NCBI RefSeq assembly: GCF_009914755.1
Contig: NC_060929.1
Strand: one strand, 5' to 3'
DNA length: 64,000 nucleotides
Source of the DNA: the human T2T-CHM13v2.0 reference genome, Homo sapiens
The stretch's first letter is position 1, and each line of letters begins with the position of its first letter. The translations under genes and the position numbers were made by a program. The notes beneath the pieces are model-generated. The model ran no database searches and was not told the DNA's origin. It was given only the letters and a program-made list of their open reading frames with translations. Shown in pieces: positions 1-12,294 of the stretch.

Positions 1-5
1 TTTAC

Positions 6-98
6 CTTGGTAAATACCTTTAGATGGCATTTCGTACCCAGATTTTTCCGAGAGCAGTCAATGCAGTGACAAATGCAGCTCTCTGAGCTCTGTTTCAT
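6..98 (-). CDS. MCTP1: Candidate alternative N-terminal coding exon (MKQSSESCICHCIDCSRKNLGTKCHLK[VFTK])
   Basis: ATG at 98 with an open frame to two phase-0 donors, AAG|GTATTT (exon end 18) and AAG|GTAAA (exon end 6); in-frame TGA upstream. Confidence 0.3.
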
Positions 99-1345
99 GT
101 ATTTCCTCTTTTCAACCTCAGTGGATCACCAATGATCCGCAAAATGTCAAACCGGAAGAATGGGGGTTAATGGTGGACATGATGAGACCTAGATAAGCAT
201 CCTCTGAACAACATTTACTCTCCGTCTCCATTTCATAGAACTTATTCCAACAACTGAAGCCTTATTTATAATAAAAGACTAACTTTATTTCCATTAATTG
301 GGCCTATTTTAATTAAATTACAACAACAACAACAACAAAAAACCTAACCAGGCTTCTCAAGATAATCAGTGCTCTGACTGAAATCCTTTTCAACTCAGGA
401 ATTTTTACAGCCTTATTGCTATTCATATTCTAATGGGATAAAATAGCTGATGCTTCGGCTCGTTGCTCTTAGTCTATTAACACCCTTCCCAATAATTCAA
501 ATACATAAATTATTTATGATTGATTCTTGGAACAAAGCTAGAATTTAATGTGATATTACAATGTTAAAGAAGAAATACTGCAGAAAAATACATTCCTGCT
601 TTTGTGTAAACTGTTGCATAGATGTTTAAAACATAAAACATTTAAATGGATTCACATTATTGCACTTTTGCTAATCCCATGAGTCAAAACCAGAATTATG
701 AGGAAGAATTCTAATATGCAGGAAAAAGAGTGAAGAAATAAGTGAATTCCAGTCCTGGGTCTGTACCACACACCTTACGACCTTTGGCAACTCAATCTTT
801 CTGGACTCTTTCTTCAATGAAACAATGCTTCTAAGCCCTCCATTGCCTACTTTCCAGAACTGTTACGGGGTTCAAATGAAACGCTGTATGGGAAATCATT
901 TTGGAAATTGTTAAGCCTTCTACAAACTTAAACTATACCACTTCAACATAGAATTAAATGAAAAAATAAATGGAAGAGGTATGGATAAAGGTGTCCATGG
1001 AGGGAAAATTGTGAGAATTTTCTCTTCCCTTCCTGTGCCTTTCATTATTGTAGATCTTCCTGCTACACAGGACAATTTTTTCCTTTTACCTCACTGAAGG
1101 GATAATTGCAAACAGGGTTTTCAGGGGACAAAAAGAGCGATGATATGCTCTAGGGTTTGACATTCTCTTCTTAAAGATCCACAATTCCTTGACTCCAGAG
1201 CTGGGTCTACTCAACAATGCCTCCAGCTCCCATCTCAGATCCTGTGTCCAGGACCACCCTTTTCACCCAGGCCCAGGGACTTAGAAGCTCTTGCCATTCT
1301 AGTGACAAGCATATACATGCAAGAATTGAGTTAAGACTATCCTCT

Positions 1346-1924
1346 TAACCACCATTCAACCCAGCAATCCCATTCCTGGGTATATTCCCCAAAAGAAAAC
1401 AAATCTTTCTACTATAATGATATATGCACTTGTAGGTCCATCACAGTGCTATTCACAATAGCAAAGACACAGAATCAACCTAGGTGCCTATCAATGGTGG
1501 ATTGGATAAGGAAAATGTGGCATATATATATATATATATACACTATAAAACAGAAAGTAATCATGTCCTTTGCAGCAACATGGATGCAGCTGGTGGCCAT
1601 TATCCTAAGTGAATTAATCCAGGAACAAAAAACCAAGTATTGCATGTTGTCACTTGTAAATTGGAGCTAAACTGTGGGTACTCAGTGACATAAAGATCGT
1701 AGCAGCAATAGAAACGGGACTACTAGAGTGGGGAGAGAGGAAGGAGAGCAAAGGTTGAAAAACTAACTATTGGATATTATGCTCACTACCTAGGTAATGG
1801 GATTATTTGTACTCAAATCTCAGCATTATGCAATATACCCAAGTAATAAACCTGCACATGCACCCCTGAATCTAACATGAAAGTTGAAAAAAAAATGAAG
1901 GAAAAACAGGTCAAATACAAAAAA
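1346..1924 (+). mobile_element. 5'-truncated L1 3' end (L1PA15/16 or L1PB-like) with TSD
   Basis: ORF2 C-terminal/3'UTR sequence and A-rich tail; TSD aagactatcctct at 1333-1345 and 1925-1937. Confidence 0.9.
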
Positions 1925-3003
1925 AAGACTATCCTCTGAAATGTACGTAGAAATCTCAGTTGAGTCAGTTTCATACCCTTAGTTATATCTTAGAAACCTT
2001 ATCTTCCCAAGATCAGAAATAAGAGGAGAAGAGTAGAGAGGAGAGGAGAAGAAAAAGAAAATGTGCAGGGTGGTGACAGTGGTCATGGGATGGGTGAGGG
2101 AAGGAGAAGCATAAGTAGGATACTTTCTATCTCTAGGCAGCTTTCTTTCATCACTGAGTAAAACCCCTCACACTTTCTCAAAAGGAACTATGTTTTCTAA
2201 GGCAAGGGAAAAGGGAACTTGAGATGCTGTTCTAGTCCATAAACCCAGGATGGAGAGAAACCCAATAAGAAGCAAGAAATTAAGGTAATGGAATGGGAAA
2301 GTAGGCAGCTCAGCCCCAAGGGTCTTTGGTGGGACAGAAAAGAGACATTCAAGGAGTCATTTTGGAAATAAGTGTTTTTCGAAGGTCACAGATCCCAAGC
2401 CTGGGGCTATTCTTTGCTTATACCTCACCTGCCCTCTAGCTCTCTGGTCTCTTTAGTATGATAGTCTCTAGAGCCATGAGCACACTCTTCTCATCTCGAG
2501 ATGAGATCTCTGCCTCTTTGGGACAGCTACTCCAGGTACCTGGAGCTAGAGGGGAACATAATCTGTGCTACAGGGGAAGTGAAGAAAGGAAGCACCTGGC
2601 TCTGTGTTAGCAGGGCTGTTCTGGCATTCTGGGTGACTAGCTTCTGTAGAGCTGTTAGAACCCGGCACACTTTTGAAAATCAGTGGGTTAAACAGGATAT
2701 GGGCTTCCCTAGGAAGCTGGCCATCATTCATAAAATTATTCATGTTGGAAGATGCATCCCAACTTCTAGTAAACACCTTGCAGAGCATAATTTACTTCTA
2801 AACTTGAGAAGATGAAAAAAGTTTTTTTAAAAAAGGCCACTTTTGCAGATATACCAAAGAAAGGAGTAATATGAATCTTTTTCCTTTCTGTAATAACTAA
2901 AAAATTATCATCGTCTGTTGCTAGTTTATGAGTCTATCTAAATTGACTTTGTTCCACTCAGAATTTTAGATGACATATTAAAACAGAATTTAAAGAAGAA
3001 TCT

Positions 3004-3254
3004 GGCCGGGCACGGTGGCTCACGCCTGTAATCCCAGCACTTTGGGAGGCTGAGGTGGGTGGATCACCTGAGGTTAGGAGTTTGAGAACAGCCTGGCCAA
3101 TATGGCAAAACCCTGTCTCTACTAAAAATACAAAAATTAGCCAAGCGTGGTGGTGCACACCTGTAATCCCAGCTACTCAGGAGGCTGAGGCAGGAGAAAA
3201 TCGCTTCAACCTGGAAGGCAGAGGTTGTAGTGGGCAGAGAGCATGCCACTCCAC

Positions 3255-3287
<33 letters not shown>

Positions 3288-3291
3288 TAAT
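3004..3291 (+). mobile_element. AluS (Sx/Sq-like), lacking about 30 nt before the tail
   Basis: GGCCGGGCACGG start, dimer linker, A/GAAAA tail; TSD gaagaatct at 2995-3003 and 3292-3300. Confidence 0.95.
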
Positions 3292-3645
3292 GAAGAATCT
3301 GTCCTCAAATGTACATTTTTTTTTTTTTTTTGCATTCTTAATTCCCAGCATGAAGCCATGAAGCCATTAGGCCTTTGTTGGTCCTTCTCAGCATCTGGCA
3401 ATGCCCTGTGGTTGTGATGGGGACATGCTGGTCATGGGAGATGCATTGACATGAGTATAACCTATGACTCTATGACATCTTTCTTTTTCTCTTTTATGCC
3501 AAATACAGACAAAGAAAAGACTTAAGGAACCAAATAAACACACAGAGGGAATAACTACTAGCAAAAGAGATAAATAAGGGAAAAACATAATAATTGAAAA
3601 AGGAGTTATTAAAAATGGAGTAAGTTTCCAGAGTCATATTAGTAA

Positions 3646-4027
<382 letters not shown>

Positions 4028-4049
4028 AAGGGTTGTTTTTAATAACTAA

Positions 4050-4345
4050 TATTTATTATGTCTTTGTGGAAGGCACTGTGTTAAGTGCTTCACATTCACT
4101 GACTCATCTGAAACTCATGACAGCACCAGGATGCAGTTTTATGGTGATCACTGCTCAATACATAAGGACACTGAGTCACAGGCATATATGCCTCAGGTTA
4201 AAGAGCTACAAGTGAAGGGTTAGGGCCTGGGCTTTGATTACAGGCTGACTCTGGAGCCTGTGTACTTCTTCACTGTACTAACCCTGTTTTCTGAGGAAGA
4301 ACTTGAGATTCAGAGAGGTAATGGTTCTTATCCAAGCTAGTAGTT
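4050..4345 (-). mobile_element. MIR fragments
   Basis: ggcactgtgttaagtgcttcaca...actgagtcacag; gaggaagaacttgagattcagagaggt. Confidence 0.6.
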
Positions 4346-5086
4346 AGCAACTTCAAACTTAAAAATGGAAAGCAAAGCAATTGGTAGAAATGAAATTTGA
4401 ATTCAAGAATTATTTCCATTACTTTGATCAATGAATGGGATTTGGTCATAGTATTGATTCAACACTATTTAATTCTTTACAATAACTGAGTTTTTTTAGC
4501 CTCTGATGTCTTTATAGAATCAAAACTTTACTCAGGCAAGATTTAAGAGAATCTATGTGCATTCTTTATATTTTCTATTGAAAGATGTGTATTTTGGTAA
4601 AAAAGAATTAGATGCTGGGAAAACCCATCACATTTAATGCCTTGAAGTATTATGGCTTATTTCACCCCAAACTTTATTCTAACTCTCAACTCTTGGTGTC
4701 TGTATCTCTATTTTTTTTGGTTCAAGCAGCATGAAGTCCAGTTGAGGCTATAAGGAAAAGAGCTTTATAATTCCCTCCCTGCATTAAGCTTCAGCTTCCT
4801 TTATAGATGTGAAAATCAGACAGGCAGCACAATAAGATTAAGAGGATGGTATTTTGAACGCATTCCAGAGTCCCCTCAGCATGGGATTGGGGCAAAGGAA
4901 CTGAACAGTCCCCACATATCCTTCTGGTATCTGCATTATTTAATTTCAGTGATTACAACCCTCCAAGCCAGAACAATCACCCACATTCAATAGGCACACA
5001 GAAATACATTCCAAGGTGTACTGCAAATGATGGCGATTATCCAGACAATGTTTTCTTATGATTGCTGGGTCCAGGAACTGATCTCT

Positions 5087-5408
5087 GTTTTATTGTTTTT
5101 TGTTTTTTTGTTGTTTTGTTTTTTTTGAAATAGGGTCTTGCTCTGTGGCTCAGGCTGGACTGCAGTGGCATGATCATAGCTCACTGCAGCTTCTACCTCC
5201 CTGGGCTCAAGAGATCCTCCTACCTCAGCCACCCAAGTAGCTGAGACTATAAGCATGTGCCACCTCGCCCAGCTAATTTTTTATTTTTTGTAGAGATAGG
5301 GTCTCCCTATGTTGCCCAGGCTGGTCTGGAACTCCTGTGTTCAAGCGATCCTCCCGCCTCGGCCTCCCAAAGTGCTGGGGATACAGATGTGAGCCACTGC
5401 TCTCAGGC
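5087..5408 (-). mobile_element. AluJ
   Basis: gatcatagctcactgcagc and ctcaagcgatcctcc J-type diagnostics; approximate TSD (a/g)aactgatct. Confidence 0.92.
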
Positions 5409-5897
5409 AGAAACTGATCTTTTAAAATTAAACTTTCTCTGAATAATTTTTAAAACAAATTTCCCCAACATTGATAGAGAAATTAGCTCTCCTACAGATG
5501 AAAAAAGAAGGCATGTTTACATGGTGATCTTGTGGAATGTGACTGTGCCGGGGAAAGCCAAACCTTCCAACCTCAAACACCAGAACTCAGGGATCTTTTA
5601 ATTTTAATTTCCATTTCTAGTTCCCCTTCATTGTACTATGTCTCTCTCCTGTGAAATGTTTCTATTACAGTAAACAAATCCATGGTGGTGACGTGACTAT
5701 TTTCTTAAAGAACATGTAAGCTGCAGAATTCTCTCCTTCTTAGCCAAAGCCAAAATGTTACACGTTAACACAGAAGCTAATTCCAGGATTTGCCTTACTT
5801 TTTGAGATAGCTCACAAGGAAACATTTATTTAATCTGCATTTTTAAAAAGAAGATAGAAAAGGATTGTTTGATGCAGGATGTTCACTACAGCACACT

Positions 5898-6106
5898 CTT
5901 TATTCAGACAGGGTCTTATTCTATCATCTAGGCTGGAGGGCAGTGGTGCATTCTCGGCTCACTGCAGCTTTAACCTCCCTGGATGCGAGAGATCCTTCTG
6001 CCTCAGCCACCTCAGTAGCTGGGACTACAGGCATGCAGCACCACACCTGGCTAATTTTTGTATTTTTTTGTAGAGATGAGGTTTTGCCATGTTGCCTAGG
6101 CTGGTC
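5898..6106 (-). mobile_element. 5'-truncated AluJ
   Basis: Right arm, linker and part of the left arm in reverse orientation. Confidence 0.85.
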
Positions 6107-7479
6107 ATTTTTTATATTTTTTTATTATAGAATATTTACCCCTAGAGTCCTCTAAAGTGTAATCCACAAAAGTTGTTACCTCAGCCCAATTATAACAAGT
6201 CAAATAACTCCACACCCATCCTATTCTCCTTGTCTCCATCTTCCAGTGGGAGGCAGGGAGATAGAATTACAAGGAACACTGTGTGATGACAATGAAAGCT
6301 TACTGTGGGATCAAATTATGTAAACACCTGCTTTAGCACTAAATGCACGAATAGTTCATATCCAAACTATAATTCGTGTCTTAAAGTCTAGCTATTGGAA
6401 AATTATAGGCTCCCAAGAACTGTTTATACAAGTACATGCTTTAGGGTTGACAGACAATCCATTAGAAACGAATTGATAATCAAGCACAACTAATGGCAAA
6501 AGTTTATGTAAGAACAGCTGCAACTGACAACTACAATCTAAACCAAACTAAAAATTAAAATGGACACTAATGATACACCAATAACCACCCTCAATCCAGA
6601 AATCTGTGGAGACTCTTTCTCTGTGTGCTCATGTATACAGTAGGAGCTATGCAGTGCTGCCAGTTGTGGTGTGACAGCTGGACTTCTTGGGAGTCTACTA
6701 ATTTTGCATACTCACAATCTGGTGACATGGTAACTTTATTTACAAATACCCAATTTTAGTAACCCTTAATAACTCACTTAGTAGGATACTATTAATAGTA
6801 AATATCCCATTTGTAGACATAAAAATGAAATGTCTATATAGTTACAAGTTATTTGGCTCTAAGGACAACAATAATCTAATAGTATTTTGGATGAGTTCTC
6901 AGTCCATGAGGATATTTGAGGTCCACCAGAGGTGCAGTGGACTCTACTCAGAGAAATTCTGGGGTACACTCACTGATAAAGGCCCATAGGTGCACCAGTA
7001 TAACATGTAAGAATGGGATATGGATGATCCATAGAAGTTCCCTTTGATGTAGAATTGACCATTAACCAAACCAACAGACCACTTGGAAGAAAATGATATT
7101 TTACAGAGTTAATAAAGTATTCAATAATTTTCCAAACTGATTTAGATGTTGATGAAGCTGCATATAACCACTTCAAAAATGATTTGGCAGGTGCCATTTA
7201 AATAGCTGACCTATGAAGAGTTCTATTTTTTCCACCCTGATCCAACTGATCTTGTGTAACAACCCTGGACATTATATCATGTTTCTGCTAAAAATTCAAT
7301 GCTTCTGCATTTTGTACAAAAAAAGATAAATTTTGCCAATTCATTTAAAATTTATATAACTGAACATACATCTGAAAATAATAACTATTAAAACTATTTC
7401 AAGAATAATTAGAAAACTTGAACACTACTAAAATTATTATTAATTAATTAATTATTAAGAACTGTTATCAGTAGTTAAA

Positions 7480-8050
7480 ATCTTCCTACACCTAAGAAAT
7501 CATTTCAAAATTATACAAATTATCATGTAGCATAAAAATTTATCATTAATTCTTTAAGGCCAATAATTGAATATCAAAATTTGACATGAAGATTGCAAGA
7601 AAAGAAAAAAAAACTGGCAAATCTCAATCACAAATATATATGTAAATATTCCAAACAAAATGTTAGCAAACTAAATCCAGAAACATATATAAATGATAAA
7701 ACAGTATGACCAATATGGGTTTATTCCATGTATTAAAATATGGGTTACCGTTAGAAAATCAATTAATGTAACTCATCAATTAGTAGATTAAAGGCAAAAT
7801 TTATATGATTATCTGAAAAGATATAGGGAAAACATTTGATAGAATTCAATACTCATTAATTTTAAGAAAATCTAGCAAGGCAGGGATAGACGAGAACTCT
7901 CTTAATCCGATAAAAGCAATTAACAAATATTTGTATTTTATGGTAAAGCATTAAAAGCTTTTCCTTTGAGATTGAGAAAAGAACAGGATACCTACTATCA
8001 TCACTTCAATTCAATATTTTTCTAGAGGTTTTAACCACAGTATGGATAAA
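7480..8050 (+). mobile_element. Old L1M ORF2 fragment (resumes at about 9755-9830)
   Basis: Degenerate RT-region sequence (caaaatgttagcaaactaaatccag; aaaagcttttcctttgagattgag). Confidence 0.75.
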
Positions 8051-8064
8051 ATACAAAATACATG

Positions 8065-9730
8065 TTTCAATAAATGATGCTGGGAAATTGAGTATCCACA
8101 TGCAGAAGAATGAAACTAGACCCCAATTTCTCAGCATATACAAAAATCAACTGAAAATGGATTAAAGTCTTAAATGTAAGACTGGAAATTCCAAACTACT
8201 AGAAGACAACATAAGAAAAATGCTTTTTTATATCGGTGTGGGCAAGTGTTTTTTGGATAAGACCTCAAAAGCACAAGCAACAAAAGCAAAAATAAAGAAA
8301 TGGGATTACATCAAACTAAAAAGCTCTGCACAACAATGCAAACATCAACAGAGTGAACAATCTACTGAACGGGAGAAAATGTTTACAAAGTATATAACTA
8401 ACAAGGGATTAATATCCAGAATGTAGAAGGAACTCAAACAGCTTAGTAACAAGAAACCAAATAATCAAACTTAAAAATGACAAAGACCTGAATAGATCTT
8501 CCTGAAAAGACATAGAAATGATCAACAAGTATATGAAAAAATGCTCAACACCACTAAACATCAAGGGAATGTGAATCAAAATTACAATAAGATCATCTCA
8601 CTTCAGTTAGAATGGCTATTACCAAAAAGACAAGAGATAACTAGTGTTGGCAAGGATGTGAAGAAATGAGAACCCATACACACTGTTGATGGGAATGTAA
8701 ATTAGCACAGCCATTAGAGAAAACAGTACAGAGGTTCCTCAAAAAATTAAAAACAGAACTATTATATGATCCAGCAATCTCACTACTGGGTATATATCCA
8801 AAGGAAATGAAATCAGTGTGTCAAAGGGATATCTGTTTATTGCAGTACTATTTACAATCGCCAAGACATGAAATCAACCTAAGTGTCCGTCAACAGATAA
8901 ACTTATAAAGAAAATTTAATATATATACATACATAATGGAATACTTTTCAGTTATAAAAAAGAATGAAATCCTGTCATTTGTGACAAGATGGACAAACCT
9001 GGAGGGCATTATATTAAGTAAAATAAGTCAGACACAGAAAAACAAATATTGCATGATCTCACTTATGTGTGGAATCTAAAAAGTTGATCCCATAGAAAGT
9101 GCAGTGGGGACCGGGGGCGGAGCGGGGATGGTTTTGAAATGAAACTGTTCCACCTCAGATCATCAGGCATTAGATGCTCGTAAATAATGTGCGATCTAGA
9201 TCCCTCACATGCGCAGTTCACAATAGGGTTCGCACTTCTATGAGAATCTACGGCCGCTGTTGATCTGACAGGAGGCGGAGCTTAGGGGTAATTCTCTCTC
9301 ACTGACCATTCACCTCTTGCTGTGCTGCCCCGTTCCTGAGAGACCATGGACCGGTACCAATCCAAGGCCTGGGATGGGGGACTCTTGAAGTAGAGAGGAG
9401 AATAGTGGTTACCAGATGCTGGGGAGGGGTGGGAGTGGGGGGATCGGAAGAGGCTGGTTAATGGATACAAAGTTATACACAGCTGGAATAACTTCTGGAA
9501 TTCTATTGCACAGCAGGGTGAGTATAATTAACAATAATGTATCATATATTTCAAAATATCGAAAGGAGGGGATTTTGAATGTTCTCACCACAAAGAAGTG
9601 ACAAATATTTGGGGTTATGCATTAGCTAATTACCCTGATTTGATCATTACACAATGCATACATGTATTGAAACCTCACATTCTATCACGTAAATGTGTGT
9701 AATGATTATGTGTCAAAAATAAAATACAAC
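8065..9730 (+). mobile_element. L1MA-type 3' part (ORF2 end and 3'UTR), interrupted by MER1B
   Basis: ttcaataaatgatgctggga...; 3'UTR ttgaatgttctcaccacaaaga...taccctgatttgatcattacacaat. Confidence 0.9.
9102..9387 (-). mobile_element. MER1B-like hAT-Charlie MITE
   Basis: gaaactgttccacctcagatcatcaggcattag...cagttcacaatagggttcgc...gatctgacaggaggcggagct; splits the L1MA 3'UTR. Confidence 0.85.
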
Positions 9731-9949
9731 ATGAAAATAAATGATTTAGAAATGAAAAAATTGGCATTATTCATAGATTGTCTCTATAGAAAATCCAAAG
9801 GGATTTACAACTAATATATTAAAAGAATAAATAGAAAAATACAATTTCTAAACAGAAATAAACTAAGATACATTTACTATTAACCTACAAAATATACTTA
9901 TATTTTTAAATATTTTAAATATATATTTTGTTAGGACATACTTCAATGT

Positions 9950-10287
9950 TTTTAAAATTAGTTTAATTGATGAATAATAATTGTATGTATTTATGGGATA
10001 CACAGTGATGTTTTGATCTACATATACACTGTGGAAAGATTCAGTCAAACTAAGCTTTCCATCACCTCACTAACCTATCTTTTTTGTGGTGAGAATATTA
10101 AAAATTTATTCCTTTGACAATTTGGAAATATACAATACATTATTATTAATGTCACTATGCAGTGCAATAGATCACTACAACTTATTCCTCCTAACTGAAA
10201 ATTTGTACTTTTCATCAACATCGACCCTTTCCCCATCCCTCTGGCACCCTCCTCTCAGTCTCTGGTAACCACTTTTCCACTCTCTGT
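9950..10287 (-). mobile_element. L1MA 3' end
   Basis: Reverse-complement L1MA 3'UTR (aataattgtatgtatttatggga...tctggtaaccac). Confidence 0.85.
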
Positions 10288-11076
10288 CAAACAATCTATT
10301 TCTTAAACTAAATTTGAAATATAAATCATTAAATTAACTTGATCTTTCAACAAGGTCATTCTTTTTTGATAAAGAAAGAGAGGCAATTATTCTATTCTAT
10401 TAAATTTATCATTATCCTATTTAAATCAAGTTAAAATTAATACTTTATTCAGCAAGAATAGAAAATGAACCAAGACACATTTGACTCCAAATTTCTCAAG
10501 GGCAAGATAATGTCTTGGGTAGGGTTTTCTCTAAGAAATATCCAATGAGAGAAAATAGATTTGATTCACAGAGGAGAAAGAGAGAGACAGAGAGAAGAGA
10601 GGAGACAGAGAAAGAGAGTCAGAGTTGGTGGGGTATGAAGATATGTTAATAGAAGGGTAAAATACTTAATTCCAACAGACAGTAAACATAGGAATCTGAT
10701 CACAATTATTTTTAAAAAGGAAATGAAAACAAAACAAAACCAAAACCCAGGGACAGTCTAGTCTAACACGTCAACTTCCTCAGAGGCAGATGACAGATGT
10801 GAAGATACCTTGCAGCTTTATGGGTTAATTTTCTATAGTGTCTAACACTCTGGGACACTTGGGGAACAGTAAATGTTTTAAGCTGTCAAGGACCTGATTG
10901 GCCGGGATCTGTTTTCTACTTAGTTCACTTCCATTTCCTTTGCTGTTCCCAGTAGCTTTCTCCATGTCGGTTTGCATTACTATGGTTTTCACAATTCGGT
11001 CAAAAAATAAAGCTTTTATGCCTAATTAAACACCGAGCTAACACACTTTGTCAGTCATTTCCACTTTGAAACTTAC

Positions 11077-11121
11077 GTTTACTGCATTTAGTCTGTCCTT
11101 TCCAATCTTACCATACAGGGT
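11077..11121 (-). CDS. MCTP1: Candidate 45-nt in-frame cassette exon (TLYGKIGKDRLNAVN)
   Basis: Minus strand tttttataatttctttggcAG|ACCCTGTATG...GCAGTAAAC|GTAAGT; no stop; phase 0. An internal alternative donor ATG|GTAAGA follows nt 10. Confidence 0.5.
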
Positions 11122-11812
11122 CTGCCAAAGAAATTATAAAAATTTTACGTAATATTGTACCTAGGGACATTATTTAATATCAATAGTAGTTTTTTATAGC
11201 TAAAAGCGAATTAGGCTTAGTTCCAGGGGAAGATTGTGAGCAGGTATCTTTTTTTTTTTTTTTTCGTTTCCTGAGAGAAGCTGTGAAACAACAGAACAGC
11301 CTGTGCTACATACGTAATTAAAACAGATGTTCTCAATCTTAATTTTTATAGCTAATTATGACAGCCAAAGAAATGTGCTTGTCTTTTGTAGAGCCACATA
11401 TTTTCTCTCAAATGTGCCCTATTTTTCTCCTCACCCACTATGACTGCTCAGAAACAAAGGGTGGGGTGATGGTGAGTTACAATGCAGCTGCAAGGACTGT
11501 CAAATTATTGGTAAGTCAGGGAGTGGAAACAGTGATGAGTGAAATTGACCATAAACTATCTACATAGCATAAACATTTGTACGTACTCCTAACTTTGCAG
11601 ATGACAGTTTTCACTGGGGTCTTTCATGACAGAAGCCAAGTTTATTGTATCAAACATAATAAAGTAATTCAAACATAATAAAGTAACTGCTTACAAGCAC
11701 CTTTCCTTTGTCAACCCAGCCTTTGGGAGCATAGCATTTTTTTTTTTTTTCAGAATAACATACAGTGTACAGAAATATGCTACATTTTGATGACACAGGC
11801 CAGGTGACTTAC

Positions 11813-11842
11813 CCGCAAGGGTGCAGAATCTGATATGCTTGT
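11813..11842 (-). CDS. MCTP1: Candidate 30-nt in-frame cassette exon ([10 protein letters not shown])
   Basis: Minus strand tgctttctattttcacacacatacatAG|ACAAGCATATCAGATTCTGCACCCTTGCGG|GTAAGT; no stop; phase 0. Confidence 0.45.
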
Positions 11843-11991
11843 CTATGTATGTGTGTGAAAATAGAAAGCATACAAGTATAACGAAGGCACCCGTTCTCAG
11901 AGCACACTCTTCTTTGAGCTCCTTGTCCTTAGGCTCACAGGGATGTCAAGTTGGGGTGCTTCAGACACAAAAACAAATGACCCTTCTGCCC

Positions 11992-12294
11992 TTTTTTTTT
12001 TTTTTTTTGAGACAAAGTCTTGCTTTGTCGCCCAGGCTGGAGTGCAGTGGTGCAATCTCTGCTCACTGCAAGCTCTGCCTCCCGGGTTCAAGCTATTCTC
12101 CTGCCTCAGCCTCCTGAGTAGCTGGGACTACAGGCACCCACTACCACGCCCGGCTATTTTTTTTATTTTTATTTTTAGTAGAGATGGGGTTTCACCGTGT
12201 TAGCCAGGATGGTCTTGATCTCCTGACCTTGTGATCCACCCACCTCAGCCTCCCAAAGTGCTGGGATTACAAGCGAGAGCCATCGTGCCCGGCC
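11992..12294 (-). mobile_element. AluY/AluSc-like
   Basis: Poly-T, ctgcaagctctgcc, caccgtgttagccaggatgg, ends cccggcc. Confidence 0.95.

Noticed and set aside
10804-10835. Possible 24-nt minus-strand exon near the cassette cluster
   Set aside because: Weak donor (GTATCT), poor pyrimidine tract and an in-frame TAA.
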